From contig JAXGLD010000003.1 of NCBI GenBank assembly GCA_040769385.1, forward strand, positions 229,458-293,457: 64,000 nt of DNA. The letters run 5' to 3'. Below are positions 28,728 to 37,281 of the stretch, piece by piece. The position numbers were made by a program, and so were the translations under genes. Source of the DNA: Syntrophomonadaceae bacterium. GTDB taxonomy: Bacteria > Bacillota > Syntrophomonadia > Syntrophomonadales > Syntrophomonadaceae. The notes below the pieces were generated by a model. That model was not told the DNA's origin, ran no database searches, and saw only the letters and a program-made list of their open reading frames with translations. The number at the start of each line of letters is the position of its first letter. The stretch's first letter is position 1.

Positions 28728-29936
28728 TTAGCCCTTTATGAAACGCTCCATCAGCTGAGGGCCGCTTTCGTAGAATTTTCCCGCCAAAGCGCTCTCTTCG
28801 TCGTATCCTGCCACTGGAGATGGATAGGGATGTTTCTTATCATAGATCAAGAACGGCACCGGCTCGCTGGTGTGGGTGCGCACCGCTATCGGGGTGCGGT
28901 GATCGGGGACCACCATGATCCTGATATCATCGAACTGGTCCAGAGCCCCGATAACCCGGCCTACCACCTCTGTATCCACCTGCTCGATCGCCCATATCTT
29001 TTTCTCCAATTCCCCCTGGTGTCCAGCTTCATCGGGGGATTCGATATGCACATATACAAAATCCTGTCCCTGCCTGAGTTCATTCAAAGCCGCCTCGGCC
29101 TTGCCGGCAAAATTGGTGATGATAGCTCCAGTAGCTCCTTCCACCTTAATGGGCTTAAGCCCGGCGCAAATGCCTAACCCCTTTACCAGGTCGACCGCCG
29201 CTACTACCGAGCCCCGTACGCCGTATGCATCCCAGAAACTGTCCAGGGCCGGCCGCGTGCCATGGCCCCACAGCCAGGCGGAGGTAGCGGGATTTAACCC
29301 CTGGGCCTGGCGCTCTTTGTTAATAGGGTGGCCAGCCAGAATTTTCTCGCTTTTTAGCATTAGTTCCTTAAGAGCGCTGCTGTCTTCCCCTTGGGGCAGG
29401 TAACCGCCCACTTGGCGGCTCGATATATCATGGGGAGGGGTTAGTTGCAAGGACTTCTTCGCTGCGTTTTTCCATATCAATAAGTTCCGGTAGCTGATAC
29501 CGGCATGAAAGCAGAATTCTTCGTTGTCCAGTTCTTTCTTCAGGGCAGCGATCAGCACCGCTGACTCAGCCGAGGAAATTTCCCCGGAGGAGTAGTCGAC
29601 CATGCTCTTGTCTCCATATTCCTGCTCGGCTGACAGGGTAACCAGATTGCAGCGAATAGCCAAGTCATTAGGGCCCAGCTCTACTCCCATGCTGACTGCT
29701 TCCAGGGGCGAGCGGCCGGTGTAGTATTTTTCCGGGGCATAACCCATAACCGAAAGATTCGCCACGTCACTCCCCGGGGGAAAACCGGCCGGAATGGTCC
29801 GGACCAAGCCAATCTCGGCCGAAGAGGCCAAGCGGTCCAGGTTGGGAGTCCTGGCTGCCTGCAGCGGGGTACGATCACCCAGCTCGGGTATCTTGTAATC
29901 AGCCATGCCATCGGCTAGAATAAGCAGGTATTTCAT
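28728..29936 (-). CDS. cofactor-independent phosphoglycerate mutase (ApgM) family protein; candidate non-orthologous homoserine kinase
   Basis: MKYLLILADGMAD... alkaline-phosphatase-superfamily N-terminus, HIESPDEAGH, VVPDHRTP. ATG 29936 follows GAGGTGG. Convergent with thrC. Confidence 0.8.
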   Translation of the reverse strand: MKYLLILADGMADYKIPELGDRTPLQAARTPNLDRLASSAEIGLVRTIPAGFPPGSDVANLSVMGYAPEKYYTGRSPLEAVSMGVELGPNDLAIRCNLVTLSAEQEYGDKSMVDYSSGEISSAESAVLIAALKKELDNEEFCFHAGISYRNLLIWKNAAKKSLQLTPPHDISSRQVGGYLPQGEDSSALKELMLKSEKILAGHPINKERQAQGLNPATSAWLWGHGTRPALDSFWDAYGVRGSVVAAVDLVKGLGICAGLKPIKVEGATGAIITNFAGKAEAALNELRQGQDFVYVHIESPDEAGHQGELEKKIWAIEQVDTEVVGRVIGALDQFDDIRIMVVPDHRTPIAVRTHTSEPVPFLIYDKKHPYPSPVAGYDEESALAGKFYESGPQLMERFIKG

Positions 29937-30072
29937 GAAAGCCACCTCGGTTGAAATGATATTCACCAGTATAACATAATGGGAGGGGCAATCATGAGTA
30001 TATAATCCTCGCACCCTATAAACAGCCCTTTGAGGGCCTTCCGAACCAGGGGAGAAATTGGCGGAAACCGGG

Positions 30073-30101
30073 TTGACTACTATGGAACCTGATGATATAA
30101 T
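30073..30101 (+). promoter_or_regulatory. sigma-A promoter of the tRNA Asp-Phe-Gly operon
   Basis: TTGACT, 17 nt, TATAAT. The -10 ends 12 nt before tRNA-Asp. Confidence 0.65.
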
Positions 30102-30113
30102 AAACTTCGTTGC

Positions 30114-30189
30114 GGAGCCGTGGTGTAGCGGTTAACATGCCGGCCTGTCAAGCCGGAGAGCGTGGGTTCAAATCCCATCGGCTTCGCCA
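30114..30189 (+). tRNA. tRNA-Asp (GTC)
   Basis: Acceptor GGAGCCG/CGGCTTC. Anticodon loop CTGTCAA. GGTTCAAATCC T-arm. CCA encoded. Confidence 0.9.
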
Positions 30190-30220
30190 TATTTAATCTT
30201 GAAGCGAGTTCAGGTTGCTC

Positions 30221-30296
<76 letters not shown>

Positions 30297-30299
30297 TGC

Positions 30300-30374
30300 G
30301 CGGAAGTGGCTCAGTGGTAGAGCATCGCCTTGCCAAGGCGAGGGTCGCGAGTTCGAATCTCGTCTTCCGCTCCA
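30300..30374 (+). tRNA. tRNA-Gly (GCC)
   Basis: Acceptor GCGGAAG/CTTCCGC. Anticodon loop TTGCCAA. CCA encoded. Confidence 0.92.
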
Positions 30375-30385
30375 TTGTAGTTCAG

Positions 30386-30414
30386 GCGTTACCCAGGGTA
30401 ACGCTTTTGTTTTG
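30386..30414 (+). terminator. terminator after tRNA-Gly
   Basis: GCGTTACC-CAG-GGTAACGC followed by TTTTGTTTT. Confidence 0.75.
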
Positions 30415-30415
30415 C

Positions 30416-30445
30416 TTGCCAAGCCAGAACAAAGTTTGATATAAT
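30416..30445 (+). promoter_or_regulatory. candidate promoter of tRNA-Cys
   Basis: TTGCCA, 18 nt, then an extended -10 TGATATAAT. Confidence 0.5.
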
Positions 30446-30470
30446 CTAGTTTGCGTTTAAGCGCAAATAT

Positions 30471-30546
30471 GGGCGGGTGGCGAAGAGGCTAACGCTGTGG
30501 TCTGCAAAATCACCATTCACCGGTTCGAATCCGGTCCCGCCCTCCA
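30471..30546 (+). tRNA. tRNA-Cys (GCA)
   Basis: Acceptor GGGCGGG/CCCGCCC, discriminator T (U73). Anticodon loop CTGCAAA. CCA encoded. Confidence 0.9.
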
Positions 30547-30559
30547 TCAAGAAAAAATA

Positions 30560-30591
30560 CCTCCCTGGCAATGCCAGGGAGGCTTTTTGTT
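30560..30591. terminator. bidirectional terminator (tRNA-Cys / nitroreductase)
   Basis: A-run, then CCTCCCTGGC-AAT-GCCAGGGAGG, then CTTTTTGTTT. Confidence 0.8.
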
Positions 30592-30599
30592 TCATATGC

Positions 30600-31127
30600 C
30601 TACCACCGTTCCCATTTGACTATTTCAGACAGCGGCCGGCGTTCGCGCGGTTCCGGATCTTCATCCGCTTTGCCGATAGGCACCACAGAGATCACCCGGA
30701 AGTGGTCAGGCAGTCCCAGGAGTTCTCTTACCTTCTTTTCACTAAAACCGCCCATCCAGCAGGAACCATATCCCAAGGCCCGGGCGGCCAACAGTATGTT
30801 CTGAGTCGCATTAGCGCCGTCCATGAGCAGGAAGTGGGTCATGCCTTTTTCGCCGTACTTCTCGCAACGGTTGGGGTCAGCGCACACAACAATCACCGCC
30901 GGGGCGGTATCCAGCGATTCCTGGTCGAAAGCAGCCGCTTTCAGTTGTTTGCGTTGGGCAGGGTCTCTCACCACTACAAAGTAGCAGGGCTGCAAATTGC
31001 CGGCGGAGGGGGCCCAGCGCCCCGCTTCCAAGATGGTCGTCAAGTCCTGCTCATCTACTGGATCGGGTTTGAATTTCCTGATACTGCGGCGGGTCATAAT
31101 AGTCTCGATACAGTCCAAAAAGATCAA
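30600..31127 (-). CDS. nitroreductase-family protein
   Basis: TRRSIRKFKPDPV...ILEAGRWAPSAGNLQP. 175 aa. Confidence 0.88.
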   Translation of the reverse strand: MIFLDCIETIMTRRSIRKFKPDPVDEQDLTTILEAGRWAPSAGNLQPCYFVVVRDPAQRKQLKAAAFDQESLDTAPAVIVVCADPNRCEKYGEKGMTHFLLMDGANATQNILLAARALGYGSCWMGGFSEKKVRELLGLPDHFRVISVVPIGKADEDPEPRERRPLSEIVKWERW

Positions 31128-31272
31128 CTCCTCTCAAATGTTAATGGTGGTGGCACCCTTGCAAAAAGGCTGTTCATTTGGTAAACTAATCACCGTGCAA
31201 TGGACCTCAATATGGTACATTTCAGTTTTAGTATAACCTCGCCGCGTTGGTCCATGCAACGATTACAATCAT

Positions 31273-31359
31273 GCCCGGGTGGCGGAATAGGCAGACGCAC
31301 GGGACTTAAAATCCCGCGGCCGCAAGGCCGTGCCGGTTCGACCCCGGCCTCGGGCACCA
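31273..31359 (+). tRNA. tRNA-Leu (TAA)
   Basis: Acceptor GCCCGGG/CTCGGGC (one G-U pair). Anticodon loop CTTAAAA. Long variable arm GCGGCCGCAAGGCCGTG. CCA encoded. 87 nt. Confidence 0.9.
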
Positions 31360-31377
31360 ATATCAAGCACGAAAATA

Positions 31378-31409
31378 CCGAAGGTTTAAAGCCTTCGGCA
31401 TTTTTGTTT
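31378..31409 (+). terminator. terminator after tRNA-Leu
   Basis: CCGAAGG-TTTAAAG-CCTTCGG followed by CATTTTTGTTT. Confidence 0.8.
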
Positions 31410-31422
31410 GAGGTGTTAACAA

Positions 31423-31696
31423 TTACTTGATAGGAAGGGGATTCGACTGAACCTTTCTCCGTAGCTCGCATATAAAAAAGACTGTCAGGTAGGACAAGGC
31501 CACCACCAGTAAGTATTTTCCGAATATGTGCATTTTGAGGTCAATGAACAACCATGTAAAAAAAGTGACCGGCAAATAGTGAAAAACATAAATTGTGAAG
31601 GAAGCGTTGTATGTCAGCGAGGCATGGAACGGGATGAGAGTCAGGACAACCAGCACCCCTCAGCCAATCTATATAATACAGCCGTTTGTTTTCCAT
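31423..31696 (-). pseudogene. frameshifted, truncated N-terminal remnant of an acyltransferase-3-family membrane protein
   Basis: Minus-strand ATG 31696 gives MENKRLYYIDWLRG, a classic acyltransferase-3 N-terminus. The expected continuation VLVVLTLIPFHASLTYN... is in another frame (ORF 31423-31656). Only about 90 codons remain. Confidence 0.5.
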
Positions 31697-31975
31697 GTTT
31701 TCAGACAGCATATTGTCGCTCAGGCTGACCCCTCAATTCTGTTGACAATTATTACATATCACATGCTCCAGTCATTTGGGGTATTGCCCCGATCCGTTGT
31801 GGTTCATCATTGTGGGAATATCTCCCCGTCGCAGCCAGGTTTTGCGGTCCTTCAAGAACATAATACCATAAGGATTTGGCAGATAATAAAGGTGTGAATT
31901 GCTGATAACGGAGCCAATATACTTGAGCCGATATTTGCCGGCGGGACCGTGCCCACATGGATAAGGAGAATTGAG

Positions 31976-33130
31976 ATGAGGCGCACCGAAGCCAAGGTCG
32001 AATTAAATGGATGGACCGGGACGGTATCAATCGATGAACCGGTTTTGCGCTACCCGGGCAATCCCATATTGACGTGTCATGATGTCAATCAGGCGTGGGG
32101 CGGCGATAGCCATTTTAATACTTATACTGTTCATAATGCGGGGATGGCTGAAGCGACGGGGGGTGGCATTAAGCATACCGTAATGCTCTTCCGGTCTCAT
32201 ATCGCTGATGGCCGCAGTGTAATTGGCAAGGCGGTGAGTAAAGACGGTTTGTGCGATTGGGTGGTAGACCCCCGGCCGTTTTTATTGCCCGCCACCGCTA
32301 ATGATATATATGCGCCGGGCGTCGATATAGAGGCCGTGATCGAGGCAGAGGCGGGCGGGGTGGAAGACATGCGGGTGAATCCCGTAGGTGCCGATTCATA
32401 TGTATTGACCTACAGTGGCTACCACGAACAGATTCCTGACCGAGTCAAGGTTATGATGGCTGTAACCAGGGACTTTAAGACAATTGTCCGCTATGGCCCA
32501 ATTTCCCAGCAGGATATGCGCAATGTGGTCATATTTCCTGAACCGGACAGACATGGACAATGGATCGCGCTGCTGCGCCCCAACGACAAAGCCAGGGAAA
32601 GCTCCGGTTCCGAACATATTGGCGGTTCATTTGGGGAAATCTGCGCCGGGTTTGCTCCGCATCCTACCGGACCATGGGAAATCGGCGCTGTAGTTATGCG
32701 AAGTGGTCACGGTCCCAGTGCATTTCAGGCCAAGATGGGACCAGGCGCCCCGCCTATCCGGACTAGATTTGGGTGGCTGAATATTTTTCATGGGGTACGT
32801 TCGACCATGGCCGGCCACCCTTATACCCTGGGAGTGGCATTCCATGACCTTGAGGATCCCATCAATCCCGGTAAAATATGTATGAGCGCCAAACCGATAC
32901 TGATGCCCACCGCGAGTGATTGTGTGGTGGGAGAAACCGATTATATCCACGTACCCAACGTGGTATTCAGCTGCGGAGCTTTGGCTGGCCAGGACGATAC
33001 GATCGCCATATATTATGGCGGCAACGATACGGTTATGAATGTCGGCCTGGCCAATATACGGGTATTGAACGAGATGTGCGAGGTATTCCCTTTGGATGCT
33101 GTTACCGGCCAACACCTATATTCTTTGTAA
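31976..33130 (+). CDS. glycoside hydrolase family 130-like (beta-mannoside phosphorylase/glycosidase fold) protein
   Basis: Beta-propeller-type sequence: NPILTCHDV..., VHNAGMAE, LFRSH..., VEDMRVNPV, VFSCGA...IAIYYGGNDTVMNVG. ATG 31976 lies 7 nt after AAGGAG. Confidence 0.6.
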   Translation: MRRTEAKVELNGWTGTVSIDEPVLRYPGNPILTCHDVNQAWGGDSHFNTYTVHNAGMAEATGGGIKHTVMLFRSHIADGRSVIGKAVSKDGLCDWVVDPRPFLLPATANDIYAPGVDIEAVIEAEAGGVEDMRVNPVGADSYVLTYSGYHEQIPDRVKVMMAVTRDFKTIVRYGPISQQDMRNVVIFPEPDRHGQWIALLRPNDKARESSGSEHIGGSFGEICAGFAPHPTGPWEIGAVVMRSGHGPSAFQAKMGPGAPPIRTRFGWLNIFHGVRSTMAGHPYTLGVAFHDLEDPINPGKICMSAKPILMPTASDCVVGETDYIHVPNVVFSCGALAGQDDTIAIYYGGNDTVMNVGLANIRVLNEMCEVFPLDAVTGQHLYSL

Positions 33131-33270
33131 CTGCCGGCCCAGACCCGAAAAGGAACGTACCGACTTAACTTGCGCGTGATGCCTGAAGTACAACATTTAT
33201 GACCGAGCAACCATTATAATATTAATATCCCTAACGATGTATCTACTGCTTATGAGGGTATTCAAACAAG

Positions 33271-34302
33271 ATGGGCAAATATTTGAGGATCTTATTGCTG
33301 GCAATTCCCTTCAGCATCTATTTTCGTTACGCGGGTAACGATCTAGCCACATTTTTTACCGCCTGTCTTTCGATCGTTCCACTGGCGGGACTGATGGGGG
33401 AGGCCACTGAAAGCCTGGCCTGCCATACCGGTGAGCGAATCGGGGGACTCCTCAACGCCACTTTTGGCAATGCTACCGAGTTGCTGATCACCATATTCGC
33501 GCTGCGAGCAGGCTTGTTTGATGTAGTGAAGGCTTCAATCGCTGGAAGCATACTCGGCAATATATTGCTGGTACTGGGTTTTTCCATTATGCTCGGGGGA
33601 TTGAGAAACGGGGAGCAGAAGTTCGACCGGGTCCATTTCAGCAACCAGACCAGTCTGATGTTCCTGGCGATCATCGCCTTGGTCATACCGGCGGTATTCT
33701 TTCCCGGGGGGCAGCAGCATCACGCCCTGGAGGAATTCAGCTTGATTGTTGCAGTTATACTGCTGCTGTTGTACTTGGCAGGCTTGTGGTTTGCCAAGGA
33801 CCGGCCCATGCATGATATCTGTGAAGTCGAACAGGAGACCAATCAATGGAGCATCGGCAAGGGTGTTGCCTTGCTAGCTATAAGTACGGGATTGATCGCC
33901 CTGGAAAGTGAATTGTTGGTGGGGGGTATCGAGAGTGTGACTGAGACCCTGGGATGGTCGCAATTCTTCATTGGAATAATAATCATTCCAGTAATAGGTA
34001 ATGCGGCCGAACATTTCACTGCAATATCGGTAGCCCTTAAAAACCGTATGAATCTTTCGTTTGAAATTGCCATGGGCTCCAGTACTCAAATAGCCATGCT
34101 GGTGACCCCCATCCTGGTCCTGCTCAGCTTCGCTTTCGGCACCCCGATGACCATAATGTTCAATTATTACGAGTTGGTGGTGCTGGCTCTGGCGGTAGTC
34201 ATTTCGCAATTTATCAGCATCGATGGCGAGTCCAACTGGTTCGAAGGGGTGTTGCTGGTGGCCGCCTATGTCATAATCGCGATCGCATTCTTTTTGGTGT
34301 AA
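33271..34302 (+). CDS. cax: calcium/proton exchanger (CaCA family)
   Basis: Two alpha-repeat signatures, GNATELLITIFAL and GNAAEHFTAISVAL. About 11 TM helices. 343 aa. Confidence 0.88.
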   Translation: MGKYLRILLLAIPFSIYFRYAGNDLATFFTACLSIVPLAGLMGEATESLACHTGERIGGLLNATFGNATELLITIFALRAGLFDVVKASIAGSILGNILLVLGFSIMLGGLRNGEQKFDRVHFSNQTSLMFLAIIALVIPAVFFPGGQQHHALEEFSLIVAVILLLLYLAGLWFAKDRPMHDICEVEQETNQWSIGKGVALLAISTGLIALESELLVGGIESVTETLGWSQFFIGIIIIPVIGNAAEHFTAISVALKNRMNLSFEIAMGSSTQIAMLVTPILVLLSFAFGTPMTIMFNYYELVVLALAVVISQFISIDGESNWFEGVLLVAAYVIIAIAFFLV

Positions 34303-34308
34303 ATGCGA

Positions 34309-34908
34309 TTAGGTATCAATGGTACGGCATTCCATGAACACCAGGTATTTTTCGCCCAACATCTCACGTTTGACATTGGTATTGACAGCATAGCACCATT
34401 CCACCAGTACAGAACTGTTGGCAAATATGGCACTCCGTTGCGCTGATCTGATCCGGGCAGCATATTTGAGCAGTTCCTGCACCTCGCCATCTTCTAAGAA
34501 GGAACTGTTTCCATAGGTGCTATAATCGTTATTCATATGGTTGACAATAATGGTCAGGTCTTTGTGACCGCGCGTAGTCAGGTTCCAGAGATCCTTGTCC
34601 ACGGCTTCGATGATGGTGCGGTTTTCCTGGATATCTATCACCCCGCTTTTTATAGCCACGAAATAAGGATAATAGATCACCAGGTCATTCTCTGCCAGGT
34701 TGGCCAGGAATTCTCTTCCTTGGGCCATCGCCTCCTCGGCGGTCACACCGATGGCACGGGGAAGATTGAAATCCTTACCGGTTTGAACGGCTGCCCGCAC
34801 CGTCCACAGCAGATTCGGATCCAGGGATTCTTCTCCGGTGAAATGCCGCCATGGTACGGAAGGTATGTTCATTTTGTCGAGTTCATAGAATCCTTCCAAT
34901 TTGTTCAT
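34309..34908 (-). CDS. hypothetical cytoplasmic protein (199 aa)
   Basis: ATG 34908 follows GAGGAGGCTGGAA. No confidently recognised domain. Confidence 0.55.
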   Translation of the reverse strand: MNKLEGFYELDKMNIPSVPWRHFTGEESLDPNLLWTVRAAVQTGKDFNLPRAIGVTAEEAMAQGREFLANLAENDLVIYYPYFVAIKSGVIDIQENRTIIEAVDKDLWNLTTRGHKDLTIIVNHMNNDYSTYGNSSFLEDGEVQELLKYAARIRSAQRSAIFANSSVLVEWCYAVNTNVKREMLGEKYLVFMECRTIDT

Positions 34909-35161
34909 TTCCAGCCTCCTCGCCAATCCCAAACAATACAATGCAGGCTTCTTTCTATCTAACAGTCGACGGTATCAAAGCGGGTCCCATAATCCTTGCC
35001 TAAAGTAATCGATGCTGTGGATAGGGTGAGATCATGTTTCCGGTTACAAGGGCTGGTATGAAATTAAGGATAAGTATTGGGTGAATATGTTGGGATATTT
35101 CGCCGATGGGTGGAAGAATTCCTGCAATTGTCTGGCGTACACAATAATTAGTAATCTGAGG

Positions 35162-35196
35162 CAAAAGAATGCCAGAAGCGCATCGGCCTCTGGCAT
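35162..35196 (-). terminator. rho-independent terminator after hydA
   Basis: Minus strand: ATGCCAGA-GGCCGATGCGCT-TCTGGCAT followed by TCTTTTGC. Confidence 0.7.
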
Positions 35197-35215
35197 CATG
35201 GTCACAGTTTCTTAT

Positions 35216-36907
35216 CTATTGTTTTTGCGGATGGTAATGGGTGTGCAGCAACTCATGAGACTTGTGCCCCAAGGGCTCATGGAGGAAATCCTCATATAGG
35301 AACTTGACCTCGGGATTTTCGTGCGACTTGCGCAGAGGCTCTCCGGCGTCCTCAGCATAGATGGCATCGATCCTCTCTTTCCGTTTCTCGATGGTGGATG
35401 GGATAGGCTGGCCGCCTCCGCCGATGCAGCCGCCGGGGCAGCACATCACTTCGATGAAGTGGTAAGGAGAGGTGCCGGCTTTAATATCATCCATGATCTT
35501 CCTGGCGTTGCCCAACGAGTTGGCTACCGCTACTTTGACCTTGGTGCCGGCCAGGTCTACTTCTGCTTCCTTCATGCCTTCGAAACCGCGGCAAACGTTG
35601 AAATTGACATCCTCAAGCGTTTCTCCGGTCACAACCTCATATACGGTGCGGAGGGCAGCTTCCATGACACCGCCTGAGGCGCCGAATATAACTGCCGCAC
35701 CGGTGTAGGCTCCCAGCAGAGAGTCAAAATTGGCCGGGGCCAGTTTATCAAAATCGATCGGTTCCATTCGGAACAGCTTACCCAACTCACGGACAGTCAA
35801 GACCAGGTCGACATCCTGGTATCCGCTGGAGTTCATCTCCGGACGGGCTGCCTCAAATTTCTTGGCGGTGCAGGGCATGATGGAAACCGAGTAAATCTTG
35901 GCCGGATCGATTCCCATCTTCTCGGCCCAGTATGTTTTGGCCAGGGCTCCAAACATCTGCTGCGGCGACTTACAGGTGGAAAGGTGATCGAGTTTGTCAG
36001 GATAGAAGGTTTCAATGAAGTTTATCCAGCCGGGGCTGCAGGAGGTGATCATGGGCAGGGTGCCGCCGGTCTGCAGTCTCTTGAGCAACTCGTTGCCTTC
36101 CTCGAGAATAGTGAGGTCAGCGGTGAAGTTGGTATGGAAAACATAATCAAAGCCAAGCATTTTGAGCCCAGCCACGAATTTCAGCATATCCAACGATCCA
36201 GTCGGCATTCCCACTGCTTCCGCTACCGCTACTCTAACTGCCGGGGCGATCTGGGTAATTACGATCTTGTCCGGATCGGCGACCGCGGCCAGGAATTTGT
36301 CCATCTCTTCATTCTCTACGATGGCGCCTACGGGGCAGGCCAAGGCACATTGGCCGCATACCACGCAGTTGGTTTCAGCCAGCGGCAAACCGTCAACCGT
36401 CTGCACAATACCATTGGCAACCTCCAAAGCCCCCACTGTTTGAATGTCATTGCAGACCTCTACGCAGCGCTGGCATAGGGTACATTTGGACATGTCGCGA
36501 ACCAGGGAAGGGGTGGACCGGTCCTTGGGAATCTGCAGGGGCCGATTGGAGAATTCCCGGATAAGCAAGGTGTTGGCCAGGTTCTGGAGTTCGCAGTTTA
36601 GATTACGGGCACAGTTTAAACAATCTTGGGGATGGACTGACAGGATTTTCTTTAGGTTCTTTTGCCGGGCGGCGATAATCTCCGGGCTGTAGGTATTTAC
36701 GACCATATCCGACGTGACTGTTTCAGCACAGGCGGTTTTCAACTCACCGTTGATATCGACCATGCAGACCTTGCAGTTGTCTCTCACTTTAAGGTCAGGA
36801 TGGCTGCACAGGGATGTGATCTCAAAGCCGGCCGCCTTGGCCGCCTGCATCACCGTAAATCCCTCTGGTACCGCGATGCTGATACCATTGATAGTGACAT
36901 TGACCAT
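35216..36907 (-). CDS. hydA: [FeFe]-hydrogenase, CpI-like M3 architecture
   Basis: 2Fe-2S N-domain (C34, C45, C48, C60). His-ligated cluster H92x3C96x2C99x5C105. Two CxxCxxCxxxC motifs. H-domain L2 IMPCTAKKFEA and L3 EVMCCPGGCIGGGGQP. L1 reads TSCSPGW. Confidence 0.9.
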   Translation of the reverse strand: MVNVTINGISIAVPEGFTVMQAAKAAGFEITSLCSHPDLKVRDNCKVCMVDINGELKTACAETVTSDMVVNTYSPEIIAARQKNLKKILSVHPQDCLNCARNLNCELQNLANTLLIREFSNRPLQIPKDRSTPSLVRDMSKCTLCQRCVEVCNDIQTVGALEVANGIVQTVDGLPLAETNCVVCGQCALACPVGAIVENEEMDKFLAAVADPDKIVITQIAPAVRVAVAEAVGMPTGSLDMLKFVAGLKMLGFDYVFHTNFTADLTILEEGNELLKRLQTGGTLPMITSCSPGWINFIETFYPDKLDHLSTCKSPQQMFGALAKTYWAEKMGIDPAKIYSVSIMPCTAKKFEAARPEMNSSGYQDVDLVLTVRELGKLFRMEPIDFDKLAPANFDSLLGAYTGAAVIFGASGGVMEAALRTVYEVVTGETLEDVNFNVCRGFEGMKEAEVDLAGTKVKVAVANSLGNARKIMDDIKAGTSPYHFIEVMCCPGGCIGGGGQPIPSTIEKRKERIDAIYAEDAGEPLRKSHENPEVKFLYEDFLHEPLGHKSHELLHTHYHPQKQ

Positions 36908-36962
36908 GCGATTTCTCCTCTCCCATCTTTGTGAAAATTAGTGCATCACTAAATCTGAAATC

Positions 36963-36991
36963 AGTTTATGGGGTGAGGGGAGAGGTGTCAA
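36963..36991 (-). promoter_or_regulatory. candidate sigma-A promoter of hydA
   Basis: Minus strand: TTGACA, 17 nt, TAAACT. Confidence 0.5.
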
Positions 36992-37034
36992 TACATTTTT
37001 TGGATATTCATAATACCTGGGACTGCTAGCCCAA

Positions 37035-37223
37035 TTATTTTTTATCAGAATATAATTGGCCTGCTGATGCCCAATTGGTGCGGGGATATTCCTCGATAAC
37101 CATCTCAACGACTTCCGGTTTTATATTCAGAATCCGCACCGTTTCCCGGGTCAGGACTTCGGCTAGTTCCCGTTTCTGCTCCAGGGAACGGCCCTCCAGC
37201 ATCTTGACGTTTATTATCGGCAT
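37035..37223 (-). CDS. 4-oxalocrotonate tautomerase-family enzyme
   Basis: MPIINVKMLEGRSLEQKRELAEVLT with catalytic Pro1 after Met. 62 aa. AAGGAGGAG upstream. Confidence 0.85.
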   Translation of the reverse strand: MPIINVKMLEGRSLEQKRELAEVLTRETVRILNIKPEVVEMVIEEYPRTNWASAGQLYSDKK

Positions 37224-37281
37224 GTTAATCTCTCCTCCTTCTTGCATTTACTGGTGATATTATAGGCATATCGCATGAGAT

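Noticed and set aside
30477-31184. 235-aa plus-strand ORF.
   Set aside because: It starts inside tRNA-Cys, runs through its terminator, and is antisense to the clearly homologous nitroreductase gene.
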